Source of the DNA: Planctomycetota bacterium
GTDB taxonomy: Bacteria; Planctomycetota; JACOTG01
DNA: 64,000 nucleotides
Direction of reading: 5' to 3'
NCBI GenBank assembly: GCA_016178505.1
Contig: JACOTG010000048.1
Span: 5,110-69,109 of the forward strand
Positions 8,223 through 17,981 of the stretch are shown in pieces (position 1 is the first letter of the stretch; the number at the start of each line of letters is the position of its first letter). Both the position numbers and the translations under genes were made by a program. Below the pieces are notes generated by a model. The model saw only the letters and a program-made list of their open reading frames with translations, was not told the DNA's origin and searched no databases.

Positions 8223-9476
8223 TCAGAACATGTTGAAATCGGTGAGGAACCAGGTCACGTGCGGGGCGCCAATCAGCACCGCACCGCCGACTCCGTTGGA
8301 GCTTCCCCAGTCCTCGAACTGTTGGCCGAGAACGATTCCCGTGTAGGACATGGTCTGGAAGCCACGCAGCGTCTCGACTCCTTCGAACCACTGATTGCCC
8401 AGATTCGCCGGATTGCAACCGTCTCGGTGGTTCAAGAAGCCCTGGTCGATCCTCAGGTACTCGATGCCCGGGTACGCGTTCGGGTTCGACCAGAAACCGA
8501 TCTTCTTCTGGATGAACGGGAGCGGCGCACCGTTCGCCGGCACGACTTGCGAGCCGCACTGACCGACGACGTCGACGTTCGTGTCCGCATACTGGAGCGG
8601 CGCGATCGGCAACGCGCTGCACGGGCAGTACTGGTTGATGGGGTTGATGCCGCCGCCGCCGACCGGCTCCTCGAAGAGGCAGATGTTCGGGACGGTCGGC
8701 CAGTTGTTCTTCCGGAACGACTCCTGCAGCGGCTGAACTTGGCCTTGGCTGAACGGTCCGTTCACCGGATCGGTCATGAAGCCCGCGGACGGCCAGACGA
8801 AATCGAACGAGCGGGTCGGGTGGAAGCCGCCGGCGGGCGCCGGCCGCACCGTGAACCCCGCGTGATCGATGAAGTCCTTGTCATGGTTCAGCGCGCCGGC
8901 GGTCGTCCACTGACCCGTCTGGCAATCCCGGGCGTAATCGAAGTACCCGGTGAAGTAGACGCGCTGGAATTGGAAGTAGCAGCGCGGCACGACGCACTGA
9001 TTCTGTCCCGCCTGCTGGAGCAGGAACTGAGACGGGACGAGGTCGCCGTTGAGCAGGAATCGCCACACGCCGAGCTGCCGTCCGTTGTTGTCGACTTCGA
9101 GCCAGTTGCGCGCGTAGTGCGCGCGCATCGTGCCCGACCAGAGGACTTGGGCGGCCGCGCCGCACGTCTTCACTTGGACGCGGATCAGGTAGACGCCGCA
9201 GACGAGCGCGCCACCCTGCTGTGCGGGCTGCGGTGCGCCGAAGTCGACGCACAGGTTGCGATCGATGCGGGGCGCGCATCCATCGAAGCAGATGAACCGG
9301 ATGTCACCCGAGCGACTCGGGAACTGCGGCAGCGCGACCTGCGTCGGCTGACAGCACGGGCCGTCCAAATTGTCGCGTTGACAGAAGCCCTGGGCGAACG
9401 CCGCTGAAGTGAACATCGTCGCGAACAGTGCAGCGAACAGCGAAGATCCAAGCCAACGACTCGAGCGAGAGGTCAT
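8223..9476 (-). CDS. secreted cysteine-rich hypothetical protein
   Basis: Start at ATG 9476 with RBS GGAAGGAG. Signal peptide MTSRSSRWLGSSLFAALFATMFTSAAFAQG. Many Cys and Trp residues. No family recognised. Confidence 0.5.
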   Translation of the reverse strand: MTSRSSRWLGSSLFAALFATMFTSAAFAQGFCQRDNLDGPCCQPTQVALPQFPSRSGDIRFICFDGCAPRIDRNLCVDFGAPQPAQQGGALVCGVYLIRVQVKTCGAAAQVLWSGTMRAHYARNWLEVDNNGRQLGVWRFLLNGDLVPSQFLLQQAGQNQCVVPRCYFQFQRVYFTGYFDYARDCQTGQWTTAGALNHDKDFIDHAGFTVRPAPAGGFHPTRSFDFVWPSAGFMTDPVNGPFSQGQVQPLQESFRKNNWPTVPNICLFEEPVGGGGINPINQYCPCSALPIAPLQYADTNVDVVGQCGSQVVPANGAPLPFIQKKIGFWSNPNAYPGIEYLRIDQGFLNHRDGCNPANLGNQWFEGVETLRGFQTMSYTGIVLGQQFEDWGSSNGVGGAVLIGAPHVTWFLTDFNMF

Positions 9477-9865
9477 GAGTGACTCCTTCCGTTTTCGATT
9501 TCGAACCCCTGACGAACAAATGATCCAAAGCACCCAACACGGGACGTCGACTGAGTCCTGAGTCTCCCCGGCAAGTCGAGGTCTGGAAAGCAACCGTCGT
9601 GCCGCGCTCGAGTCGGCCCATGGAGCGAGCAATGGCGACATCGCCAAACTGCACGAAAATGGCCGAGAATCCTTCGAATCACACGGGTTGACGCGGCGCC
9701 GGGCCAGGCGCCGAAGGGGCTGCGCCGGCGGCCGCGAGTGAAAGGAAACGTGACACGCCGCCGCTCCGCCGCAAGGTCGGCAGGTGGGGAGGCGCGGCCG
9801 TCTTCCCGCCCATGGCGCCGACCTCGACGAGCCTCAGCGACGACGAGTCGTCGCGATCGATCGGC

Positions 9866-10468
9866 TCAGCGGCGCTTCGATCCGGTGCCGGCGAGGGCTT
9901 GCTTCGTCGACTTTTCGCCCCGCACGAGCTTCAGGAATTCGCGCAGGAACGCCGGGTGGTCGGGCCACGCGCGTGACGTGACGAGGTTTCGATCGACGAC
10001 GACCTCGACGTCCTTGAACGTCGCGCCGGCGCTCTCCACCTCCGGGCGGATCGCGGGATACGCGGTCATCGTTCGGCCGCGGACGACGCCCACCGCGGCG
10101 AGGATGAGCGCGGCGTGGCAGATCGCCGCGACGGGCTTTCCCTCGTCGAAGAAGTGGCGGACGATCCGCGCGAGGTTCTTGTCGTTGCGGATCCACTCGG
10201 GCGCGCGGCCGCCTGGGATCACGAGCGCGTCGAAGCGCGCGGGGTCGACGTCCGCGAACGCGACGTCGGCGGGAATGCGATAGCCGAGCTTCTCGGTGTA
10301 GGTGTCGAAGCCGGGCTCGAAGTCGTGGACGACCGACTGCAACACCTTTTTCGTCGGCGCGGCGAGCGTCACGGCGAAGCCTTCCTCGCGCAGCCGTTGG
10401 AGCGGGTACATCACCTCGAGCGCCTCGGCAGCGTCGCCGGTCACGATCAGAATCGATGGCGTGCTCAT
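9866..10468 (-). CDS. DJ-1/PfpI-family protein (class I glutamine amidotransferase-like)
   Basis: MSTPSILIVTGD...AAICHA nucleophile-elbow motif. RBS AGGAGGTG. Start chosen at Met28 of the six-frame ORF. Confidence 0.75.
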   Translation of the reverse strand: MSTPSILIVTGDAAEALEVMYPLQRLREEGFAVTLAAPTKKVLQSVVHDFEPGFDTYTEKLGYRIPADVAFADVDPARFDALVIPGGRAPEWIRNDKNLARIVRHFFDEGKPVAAICHAALILAAVGVVRGRTMTAYPAIRPEVESAGATFKDVEVVVDRNLVTSRAWPDHPAFLREFLKLVRGEKSTKQALAGTGSKRR

Positions 10469-10598
10469 GTCTCTGTCACCTCCTGCGCGGATTCTTCGCC
10501 TTGCGCACCGCGAAATCAAGCCGCCCCTCGCTGCGATGGACGCGGGCACGCGAATCGGCTACGGTCGTCGCCACTCGAAATGCAAAGGAGGATCGTCG

Positions 10599-11636
10599 AT
10601 GCGAACACTCGCGCTCGCCGCAACGTCGTTCGTTTTCATCGCGCTCGTCGCGGAGTCGCGCGCCGCGCAGCAGCCGGCCGCGAAACCGATCACGCTCGAG
10701 TCGCTGCAGATCGCGAAATCGGAGTTGCCCGCAGGCTGGACTTTCGTGGACGAGCTGCGGTGCGTCTCGCAGCAGCCACTGGGCTTTTTCGATTCGCCCG
10801 AAACGGCAGGGCTCTTCCCGAAGGCGAAGGCCAAGGCCTTTCAAACGATTGCCGCCGCGGGCAGCCACGGCGGAACGGTCTTGTACTTCGAGTACGCGGA
10901 ACCGTTCGAGGCTCGCAGGAAGTCGACCCTCGCCGGCCTCCTCTGGGGCGGCGTAGAACCGTCGAAAATGCACCCGGAGCAGTTCGCCATCTACGACCAC
11001 TTCCTCGTCATCCTCTCGTTCCCGCAGAACAGCGACGAGGCCGAGTGGGTGAAGGACCGACTTCGGCCGATGATCCCCCTTCGTCTGCCGCGCGCCTGGA
11101 AGAGCCTGCAACCCGTGTTCGCGGAAGCGTTCAACGCGCAGCGAGCGGAACAGCCCGATCGCGGGCTCGCCGCACTTCAGAAACATGCCGACGAGGTCGC
11201 CAAATGCTCGTTCGCGCAATTCCTCACCGGCGAACTCTACTCGCAGAAGCAGGACCACGCCGCCGCGGAGAAGGCGTACACGCGGGCTCTCGAGTTGGAC
11301 GTGAAGGACGATCCGCTTCCCGGCGAGGACAGGATCGTTTGGGCGTCGCTCGATGGCGTGCTCATCGCACAATGCATGCAAGGAAAGATGAAGGAAGGGA
11401 TCGTCACCGGCGAAAAGGCGGCGGCCGTCGCGCGTCGCATGCGCGACGACAAGTCGCTGTCGCAAACCCTCTACAACCTCGCGTGCGCGTACGCGGAGAC
11501 TTCGCGCTTCGAGGAGGCGCACAAGACGCTCGAAGAGTGCCTGCGGCTCGCACCGAATCTCAAGGACCAGGCGCGGAACGATTCGTCATTCAAGAAAGCG
11601 CTCGAGCGGAAGGACTTCCAGGATCTCGTGAAGTGA
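10599..11636 (+). CDS. secreted TPR-repeat protein
   Basis: Start at internal ATG with RBS AAAGGAGG. Signal peptide MRTLALAATSFVFIALVAESRAAQQ. TPR-like helices at the C-terminus (AAAEKAYTRALELD..., YNLACAYAETSRFEEAHKTLEECLRLAPN). Confidence 0.55.
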   Translation: MRTLALAATSFVFIALVAESRAAQQPAAKPITLESLQIAKSELPAGWTFVDELRCVSQQPLGFFDSPETAGLFPKAKAKAFQTIAAAGSHGGTVLYFEYAEPFEARRKSTLAGLLWGGVEPSKMHPEQFAIYDHFLVILSFPQNSDEAEWVKDRLRPMIPLRLPRAWKSLQPVFAEAFNAQRAEQPDRGLAALQKHADEVAKCSFAQFLTGELYSQKQDHAAAEKAYTRALELDVKDDPLPGEDRIVWASLDGVLIAQCMQGKMKEGIVTGEKAAAVARRMRDDKSLSQTLYNLACAYAETSRFEEAHKTLEECLRLAPNLKDQARNDSSFKKALERKDFQDLVK

Positions 11637-11721
11637 GCACGCGCTCAGTTCGTGCCCGACGTTCGAATCGCGGACGCGTCATTGACCGAGAAGTCCTGCT
11701 TCGCGCGCGCGACGCCGTCGC

Positions 11722-13701
11722 TCAGAACTCGATCTGAGCGCCGAGTTCCACGACGCGGTTCGGAGGAAGGCCAAAGTACTCCGTCGCCGAGCGCGCGTTT
11801 CGCGACATGAACGTGAAGAGCCGCTTTCGCCAGCGCGCGAGCCGTGCGCGACCGGTCGGGATGAGCTGCTCGCGGCCGAGGTAGTAGGTCGTGTCGCTCG
11901 GGCGAACCTTCATGCCGGCGTGTCCGCAATCGGTCATGACTTCGCGCACGCGCGGCGTCTGCATGAACCCGAACTTCGCCGTGACGCGAAAGAATCCCTC
12001 GCCGAGCGACTCCACGTGCACGCGGTCTCGCCGCGGCACCTCCGGCACGACCGCCGTCACGATCGACAGCAAGATCACCTGCTCGTGGAGCACCTTGTTG
12101 TGCTTCAGGTGGTGCAAGAGCACGACCGGCGCGCCGCTGGGGTCCGACGTCATGAACACGGCGGTGCCAGGCACGCGGATCGGCTTTGCGCGCTTCACAT
12201 CGTCGAGAAACGTCTCGAGGGGAAGGCTCGCGGCGCGGAGGATCTTGAGCAACTCCTGCCGCCCGCGCCTCCAGGTCGTCATCATGGAGTAGACCACGAC
12301 GGCGACCACCAGCGGGAACCAACCGCCGTGTTGGATCTTCACGGCGTTCGCGAACAAGAACGAGAGATCGATCACGAGGAAGAACAGGAGGAACACGCCT
12401 GAGTTTGCTCCCGACCACTGCCAGCGCTCGTGCGCGATCACGTAGAAGAGCAGCGTCGTGATCACCATCGTGCCCGTCACCGCGATGCCGTACGCCGACG
12501 CGAGAGCGCTCGACGATCCGAAGCCGAGCACGAGCGCGATGGATCCGATCATGAGCGCTTGATTGATCTCGGGGATGTAGATCTGGCCGGCCTCATCCTT
12601 CGACGTGTGCCGAACCGTCACCCGCGGCGAGTAGCCGAGCTGCATGGCCTGCTGTGTGAGCGAGAAGGCTCCCGAGATCAGAGCCTGAGACGCGATGACC
12701 GCGGCCGTCGTCGCCAGGATCAACATCGGGTACTGCAGCACCGATGGTACGAGCCGATAGAACGGGTTGACCGCGGCGCTCGCGTCCCGCAAGAGGAGAG
12801 CGCCTTGACCGAAGTAGTTGAGGAGCAGCGCCGGGAACACGAGCGCGAACCACGCCAGCCGGATCGGACGTCGCCCGAAGTGCCCCATGTCGGCGTACAG
12901 GGCTTCCGCTCCAGTGACGACGAGAACGACCGCGCCGAGGATCAGGAACCCGTGCAGCCCGTTGTGGCGGAAGAACTGCACGCCGTACCACGGATTGACG
13001 GCACCGAGGATTTCCGGTTCGCGCGCGATCTCCGCCACTCCGAGCGCCGCGATGCTCACGAACCACACGAGCATGATCGGTCCGAAGACCCGGCCGATGC
13101 CGTCGGTCCCGCGGCGTTGGAAGACGAACAGCACCAACAGCACGAGGACGGTCGCGGGCACCACGAACTTCTCGAACACGGGCGCCGCGACCTTCAACCC
13201 TTCGAGGGCACCGAGGACGGAGATCGCGGGCGTGATGATTCCGTCGCCGTACAGGAGCGCAGCACCGAAGATCCCGAGCGCGATCAGCACCGGCATTCGA
13301 ACCGTGCCGGTGCTCTGCTGGAGGCGCTGTTGAATCAGTGCAAAGAGAGCGAGGATGCCCCCCTCTCCGTCGTTGTCGGCCCGCATGATGAAGACGATGT
13401 ACTTGACGCTGACGACGAGGGTGAGCGACCAGACGATGAGCGACAGGATGCCGTACACGTTTTCCGGAGTGTGCACGACGCCGGACGTGGAGCCGAAGCA
13501 CTCCTTGAGCGCGTAGAGCGGGCTCGTTCCGATGTCGCCGTACACGACGCCGAGCGCCGTGAGCGAGAGCACGCCGAGCCTCTTGCCTCGCGGGCGGACG
13601 TCGACGCGATGGCGGTCTTGAGGAATCAGGAACGTGCCGGAAGCGTCGCGGCGCGGAACTTCGCCGCCGGCATCATCCGCCGATCGTTGATCAGGGTTCA
13701 A
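11722..13701 (-). CDS. kup: KUP/HAK/KT potassium transporter
   Basis: GDIGTSPLY signature, 12 predicted transmembrane helices, about 650 aa. Probably a TTG start. Confidence 0.85.
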   Translation of the reverse strand: MNPDQRSADDAGGEVPRRDASGTFLIPQDRHRVDVRPRGKRLGVLSLTALGVVYGDIGTSPLYALKECFGSTSGVVHTPENVYGILSLIVWSLTLVVSVKYIVFIMRADNDGEGGILALFALIQQRLQQSTGTVRMPVLIALGIFGAALLYGDGIITPAISVLGALEGLKVAAPVFEKFVVPATVLVLLVLFVFQRRGTDGIGRVFGPIMLVWFVSIAALGVAEIAREPEILGAVNPWYGVQFFRHNGLHGFLILGAVVLVVTGAEALYADMGHFGRRPIRLAWFALVFPALLLNYFGQGALLLRDASAAVNPFYRLVPSVLQYPMLILATTAAVIASQALISGAFSLTQQAMQLGYSPRVTVRHTSKDEAGQIYIPEINQALMIGSIALVLGFGSSSALASAYGIAVTGTMVITTLLFYVIAHERWQWSGANSGVFLLFFLVIDLSFLFANAVKIQHGGWFPLVVAVVVYSMMTTWRRGRQELLKILRAASLPLETFLDDVKRAKPIRVPGTAVFMTSDPSGAPVVLLHHLKHNKVLHEQVILLSIVTAVVPEVPRRDRVHVESLGEGFFRVTAKFGFMQTPRVREVMTDCGHAGMKVRPSDTTYYLGREQLIPTGRARLARWRKRLFTFMSRNARSATEYFGLPPNRVVELGAQIEF

Positions 13702-13898
13702 TGTTGTGAATCCAAGTCTCTCGGTTGGCGGAGCGCGCTGACGTCGAATCCAACGAACGGAATGCCGATCGGACCACCGGAATCGAAGCCCGTGAACTTA
13801 TCGATTCCGCGTGCGGAGTAAAGCGTCCGAATCCTGGGGTCCCGTTGCGCCGTGCCGCGTCGAGCGTTGCCGAGCCTGCTATTCGGGCTGGGACGCGC

Positions 13899-15146
13899 TC
13901 ACAGGAAGCTCAGCCAGGCCGCGCGACGCCGGCTCTTCACTCCCGCGAACCATCGGCAGGGAAAGTACAGCGCGGCGACGACGAGCGCGGTCACGAGGTA
14001 CACGACGGGAAGCGAGTACCCGTAGCCCGGCGGCGGTGGGCCCGCGGCCATCGGTTGGTTTGCCGTCAACCACGGCACGATCACGCCGAAGTGGGCGAGC
14101 GACAGCGCGATCGCGATCCCATGGATGAGCGGGATGTGCAGCACGTAGTAGAAGAACGGGACGCGCCCGATCGTCGCGACGGCGTCGACGATTCGGCCCC
14201 GCGCGCGCTCGATCAGCGGGAGCAGGGCGATCGTCGGCCCGAGCGTCATCAACAAGTACAGCAGCGACGCCGGGTACTTCTGCGTGTTCACGAACGCCAG
14301 CACGGTGAGCATCGGGGACGCCTGGGGTGTCCACGGCCTCGGATCGCCGTAGAGGTTGATTTCGCGCAGGACGAGGAACGCCGCGATCGAAGCCAGGCCG
14401 ATGCCGAGACTGAGTCGTCGCCGTCGCGCCGCGTCGAGCGTCAGGATGGAGCCGAACGCGTAGCCCAGCGCCATCACGCCGACCCACGGAACGATCGAGA
14501 ACAGAATCGCGAGCGTCGGCCCGCCGCCGATCGAGACCGGGCCGCCGTAGTAGAGGATTTGCCAAAACCATCGCCACTCGCTCGTTTGCAGCTTCGACAG
14601 GATCGTGGGCGCGAAGCCATTGAGCACGTTGTGGCCGGCGACGAGAGCGAGGCCGATCAGCGCAATCGCGCCCATCGGCAGCCACACGAGCGCGGCGAGT
14701 CCGACGAGACACCACCCGATCATCCAGATCACGCCGCCGAGCAAGTAGTGCGAGAAGTCGAGGTTGAACGTCCAGCCGAGGCGCATCACGGTCAACTCGA
14801 TGACGACGAGCCACAGGCCGCGTGCGAGGAGGAAGCGCGACAGCGCCGCGCGACTCTCGGTGCGACGGCCGTGGAGAAACGTACCCGTGCCGGCGAGGAA
14901 GACGAACGCGGGCGCGCAGAAGTGCGTCACCCATCGCGTGAGGAAGATCGCGACGCTCGCATTCGCGAGATTCGTCGGGTCGCCGCGAAAGTCGGAGAGG
15001 AACCAGCGCACGTGATCGAGCGCCATCAGCACCATGACGGCGCCGCGGACCACGTCGAGCGATGCGATGCGTTGTCGAGGCGTCGATGGCGCGGTCGCGA
15101 CGAACCCGCCCGACGCGACGTCGTTGCTGGCAGTCACCGTTGGCAT
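13899..15146 (-). CDS. DUF1624 / HGSNAT-like membrane acyltransferase-family protein
   Basis: The true start (MPTVTAS, ATG 15146, RBS GGAG) is internal to the 751-aa six-frame ORF. RIASLDVVRGAVMVLMALDH motif followed by a polytopic membrane protein. Confidence 0.55.
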   Translation of the reverse strand: MPTVTASNDVASGGFVATAPSTPRQRIASLDVVRGAVMVLMALDHVRWFLSDFRGDPTNLANASVAIFLTRWVTHFCAPAFVFLAGTGTFLHGRRTESRAALSRFLLARGLWLVVIELTVMRLGWTFNLDFSHYLLGGVIWMIGWCLVGLAALVWLPMGAIALIGLALVAGHNVLNGFAPTILSKLQTSEWRWFWQILYYGGPVSIGGGPTLAILFSIVPWVGVMALGYAFGSILTLDAARRRRLSLGIGLASIAAFLVLREINLYGDPRPWTPQASPMLTVLAFVNTQKYPASLLYLLMTLGPTIALLPLIERARGRIVDAVATIGRVPFFYYVLHIPLIHGIAIALSLAHFGVIVPWLTANQPMAAGPPPPGYGYSLPVVYLVTALVVAALYFPCRWFAGVKSRRRAAWLSFL

Positions 15147-15392
15147 CGTCAGGACTCCGAGTTCCGTAGGGACGCTTCGTTCGCCAGTGCGCGATCGGGA
15201 TACGATCGGGGACACGCTACGTGTCGAGATCCGCCGACGCTTTCGAAATCTTGCTCGTTGTGCCGGCACCGCGTGTCGACCCGGGAGTTCGCGATCCGCG
15301 TCTGCCTCACGAATCCAATGGACTTCGAGGATCCTTGCCAAGACGCTCACGTATCGAGAGCGCCGTGATCTCCTGAGGAGCGAGGACGTCGC

Positions 15393-16193
15393 ATGAGCCA
15401 AGCGCCGAAGTTGTCGTTGATCTTCCCGACGTTCGTCGTGCCCGACGTGCGCGCGACGGTCGCGTACTATCGCGATGCGCTCGGCTTCCGACCGTGCACC
15501 GAGGCGGGGACCCCGCCGAACCTGTTCGCGATCGTCGAGAGCGCGCCCGGACAGGGTTTTCACTTCAAGCATTCGGCGAGCGCGATCGGCCGAAAGAATC
15601 GCGCGGACGGCGGCGACCAGCTCGACGCCTACGTTCGAATCGGCCGCGGCGAGGACGTCGACCGCCTGTCCGCGGCGCTGACGAAGGGTGGCGCGGCTCG
15701 CATCGCGGCGCCGATCGACCGACCGTGGAAGATGCGCGAGCTGGAGCTCGTGGACCCGAACGGCTTCGCCCTTTGCTTCGCCGGCGATCTCGCGGGCGAG
15801 GCCACGCCGGGAACGATCGTCGTGTCCCCGCAGTTCGTCGTGCGCGACGTCGCAAAGACCGCGGCGTGGTATCAGGACGTGCTCGGGTTCCGAACGCTGG
15901 GGCAATGGGGCGAGCCGCCCGAGTACGCAATCGTTGCGCGCGACGACGTGCGCGTTCATCTCGGCCGCGCCGCCGAAGGCGCACGCATTCGCAAGAATCG
16001 CGACGCCGCCGGGATCTGGGACGCGTACGTCGAGTGTCGCGGGATGGACGCGCTTCACGACGCTTTCCGCGGACGCGGCGCGACGATCGTGCGCGGACCG
16101 CAGAACGCGGAGTACGACATGCGAGAACTCGTCGTTCGCACGCCGGACGGCCACGACCTCTGCTTCGGCGAGCCCGTCATCGCGAGCCGCTGA
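15393..16193 (+). CDS. tandem VOC (glyoxalase/bleomycin-resistance/dioxygenase-fold) domain protein
   Basis: Two copies of the F(V)VPDV..YYRDxLGF VOC module. Confidence 0.7.
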   Translation: MSQAPKLSLIFPTFVVPDVRATVAYYRDALGFRPCTEAGTPPNLFAIVESAPGQGFHFKHSASAIGRKNRADGGDQLDAYVRIGRGEDVDRLSAALTKGGAARIAAPIDRPWKMRELELVDPNGFALCFAGDLAGEATPGTIVVSPQFVVRDVAKTAAWYQDVLGFRTLGQWGEPPEYAIVARDDVRVHLGRAAEGARIRKNRDAAGIWDAYVECRGMDALHDAFRGRGATIVRGPQNAEYDMRELVVRTPDGHDLCFGEPVIASR

Positions 16194-16251
16194 CCCCTGG
16201 ATCGGTTCGCGGCGGGCGTCGTATCATGTCGGCCTCCCGGGTCCAGTTTTC

Positions 16252-17364
16252 ATGGAGGATGGCGAAGTGATTCTCACCCGCATCATCGCGACCGCTCTTT
16301 TCGTGTCGTCGCTCGGGCTCTCGCGGTTCGTTCCCGCGCCCGCCGCGTGCGACGTTTGCCACGACCAGAAAACGGTCCAATGCCCGAACTGCGAAGGCAA
16401 GGGCACGTTCCTCGACAAGTGCCCGACTTGCGAGGGCAAGGGCAAGATGCCATGCCCGATCGAGGGCTGCGGCACGACGAAGAAGGGGATGCTTCCCTGC
16501 CCGAACAAGTCATGCGTCAAGGGCATGATCCCGTGGGAGGGGGGCGACAAGGATTCCTGCCACATTTGCTCGGGACGCGGCGCCATCGATTGCCCGACGT
16601 GCAACGATTCCGAGGTCACGTGCTTCCGTTGCGCGGGCAAGCACACGGTGCAGTGGGGGTGTCTCGACTGTCGCTCGACCGGCCGGCTTCCTTGTCCGAA
16701 GTGCCAGCTTCGGGTGGACGCTTCAGACTGCGTGTGGTGTCACGGCGCCCACGATCTCACGTGTCCGCGATGCAAGGGGAGCGGAAACGAGCTCTTCGTG
16801 TGTCCGGTTTGCCGAGGGACGGACAAGGCATACTGCACCGAGTGTCTCGGACTGGGAAAGGTCGCGTGCGACACCTGCCACGGCACGGGATGGAAGCGCT
16901 ACAAGATGGTCGACAGGTCCGGAGTGAACCACGGCTCCGGCGGGCGGCGGCAATGCGACTCGTGCAACGGCACCGGGACCGAGACTTGTCCGCAGGGCAA
17001 GGATCGGCAGCTGCCGTGCTGGATCGGGAACGTGTTGAAGCGGTGGAAGCACGTCGAAGGCAAACTCGTCGCGAGCTGTCTCTGGTGCGACGGGGACAAG
17101 CACCTTCCGTGCGGAGGGTGCTACCGCGGCGAGCAGCGCGGTCTCGAGATTTCGGCTCGCGTTCTCGCCAAGGCGAATCATCACGCGGAGGCGGCGACGA
17201 TGCTGCGCGCGGCACTCGCTCGGGCGCAGGCCTATTTTGCGCGCGGCCCACAAGGCGAAGTGAAGTCGCCGGACGATCTCGCCAAGTTCAATCGCGCTCG
17301 CTCCGACACTCTGGCGCGCATCGAGGGCGAAATCGCAACCGAGGAAAAGACGCCGGCGAAATAG
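16252..17364 (+). CDS. membrane-anchored protein with multiple DnaJ-type CxxCxGxG zinc-finger motifs
   Basis: N-terminal hydrophobic segment. Eight CxxCxGxG motifs (CPNCEGKG, CPTCEGKG, CHICSGRG, CPRCKGSG, CPVCRGTD, CTECLGLG, CDTCHGTG, CDSCNGTG) plus further CxxC pairs. The start is internal to the six-frame ORF 15688..17364. Confidence 0.6.
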   Translation: MEDGEVILTRIIATALFVSSLGLSRFVPAPAACDVCHDQKTVQCPNCEGKGTFLDKCPTCEGKGKMPCPIEGCGTTKKGMLPCPNKSCVKGMIPWEGGDKDSCHICSGRGAIDCPTCNDSEVTCFRCAGKHTVQWGCLDCRSTGRLPCPKCQLRVDASDCVWCHGAHDLTCPRCKGSGNELFVCPVCRGTDKAYCTECLGLGKVACDTCHGTGWKRYKMVDRSGVNHGSGGRRQCDSCNGTGTETCPQGKDRQLPCWIGNVLKRWKHVEGKLVASCLWCDGDKHLPCGGCYRGEQRGLEISARVLAKANHHAEAATMLRAALARAQAYFARGPQGEVKSPDDLAKFNRARSDTLARIEGEIATEEKTPAK

Positions 17365-17374
17365 GCGACCGCTT

Positions 17375-17938
17375 TCAGCGCAGCGATTCGAGCGCGGTCC
17401 ATCCTGTTTTCGAAACGTGCTTCGACGCGTCGAGTGTCTGCGCCGCGGCGCGCAGCGCCTCCCCGTCGCGCGCAACGACGAGCGCGAGCGGCACGCCGTC
17501 CCGATCCTCGGTCCAGACTGAACCCGAGAGCTTGCCGGACGCCTCGGCCCAGCGCGGTGCGAGGAGTTTGTCCGCGGCGACGATCGCATTCGTCGCGAGA
17601 ACGAGATCGTCCGCGGAGAGGACCGAGCCCGGACGCGTCACCAGCTCGTCCACGCTCGTTGCGTCGTGTGAGACGCGCGAGTACGGCTCGTACGGACCGT
17701 CGCCGTCGTCGCGGTTCGACGTCCACGTCGGGCGCTTTTCGCGATACACGCGAAGCCAGTCGGGGTCGGATGCGCCCGGGCCGAGCAGCCAATCGCGGTA
17801 TCCCGAGCCGTGGTGCGCCCTGCCCGCCGCCGCATCGCGCGCATGGACGAGCGTCGCGGGATAGTTCGCGAAGACCTCGAACGACGGCGCGTCGGAGGAC
17901 GCAGCGAGTGAGGCGAGAAGGGTCAACGCGGGAATCAT
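17375..17938 (-). CDS. small secreted hypothetical protein
   Basis: Start at Met43 of the ORF (MIPALTLLASLAASSDAP signal peptide). No domain recognised. Confidence 0.4.
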   Translation of the reverse strand: MIPALTLLASLAASSDAPSFEVFANYPATLVHARDAAAGRAHHGSGYRDWLLGPGASDPDWLRVYREKRPTWTSNRDDGDGPYEPYSRVSHDATSVDELVTRPGSVLSADDLVLATNAIVAADKLLAPRWAEASGKLSGSVWTEDRDGVPLALVVARDGEALRAAAQTLDASKHVSKTGWTALESLR

Positions 17939-17981
17939 GGCCGATCCGTACGACGCGAGGAGCGGAAGCGTTGGCCGAGTC

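Noticed and set aside
13725-15368. Long (+) ORF of 547 aa, with similar ones at 8130..9407, 10115..11737, 12430..13821, 16347..17864, 17937..19850, 24477..26096, 29420..31507, 56223..57656, 57985..59502, 5826..7073, 22390..24096 and 62404..63837.
   Set aside because: All lie antisense to, or in an alternative frame of, strongly supported genes. Their translations are Arg/Ala/Pro-rich with no motifs. This is the typical shadow-ORF artefact of a roughly 70% GC genome.
15688-17364. The 558-aa ORF taken as the CxxC protein.
   Set aside because: Its 5' third overlaps the VOC gene in a different frame and is Arg-rich. The hydrophobic anchor and Cys repeats begin at the internal ATG 16252.
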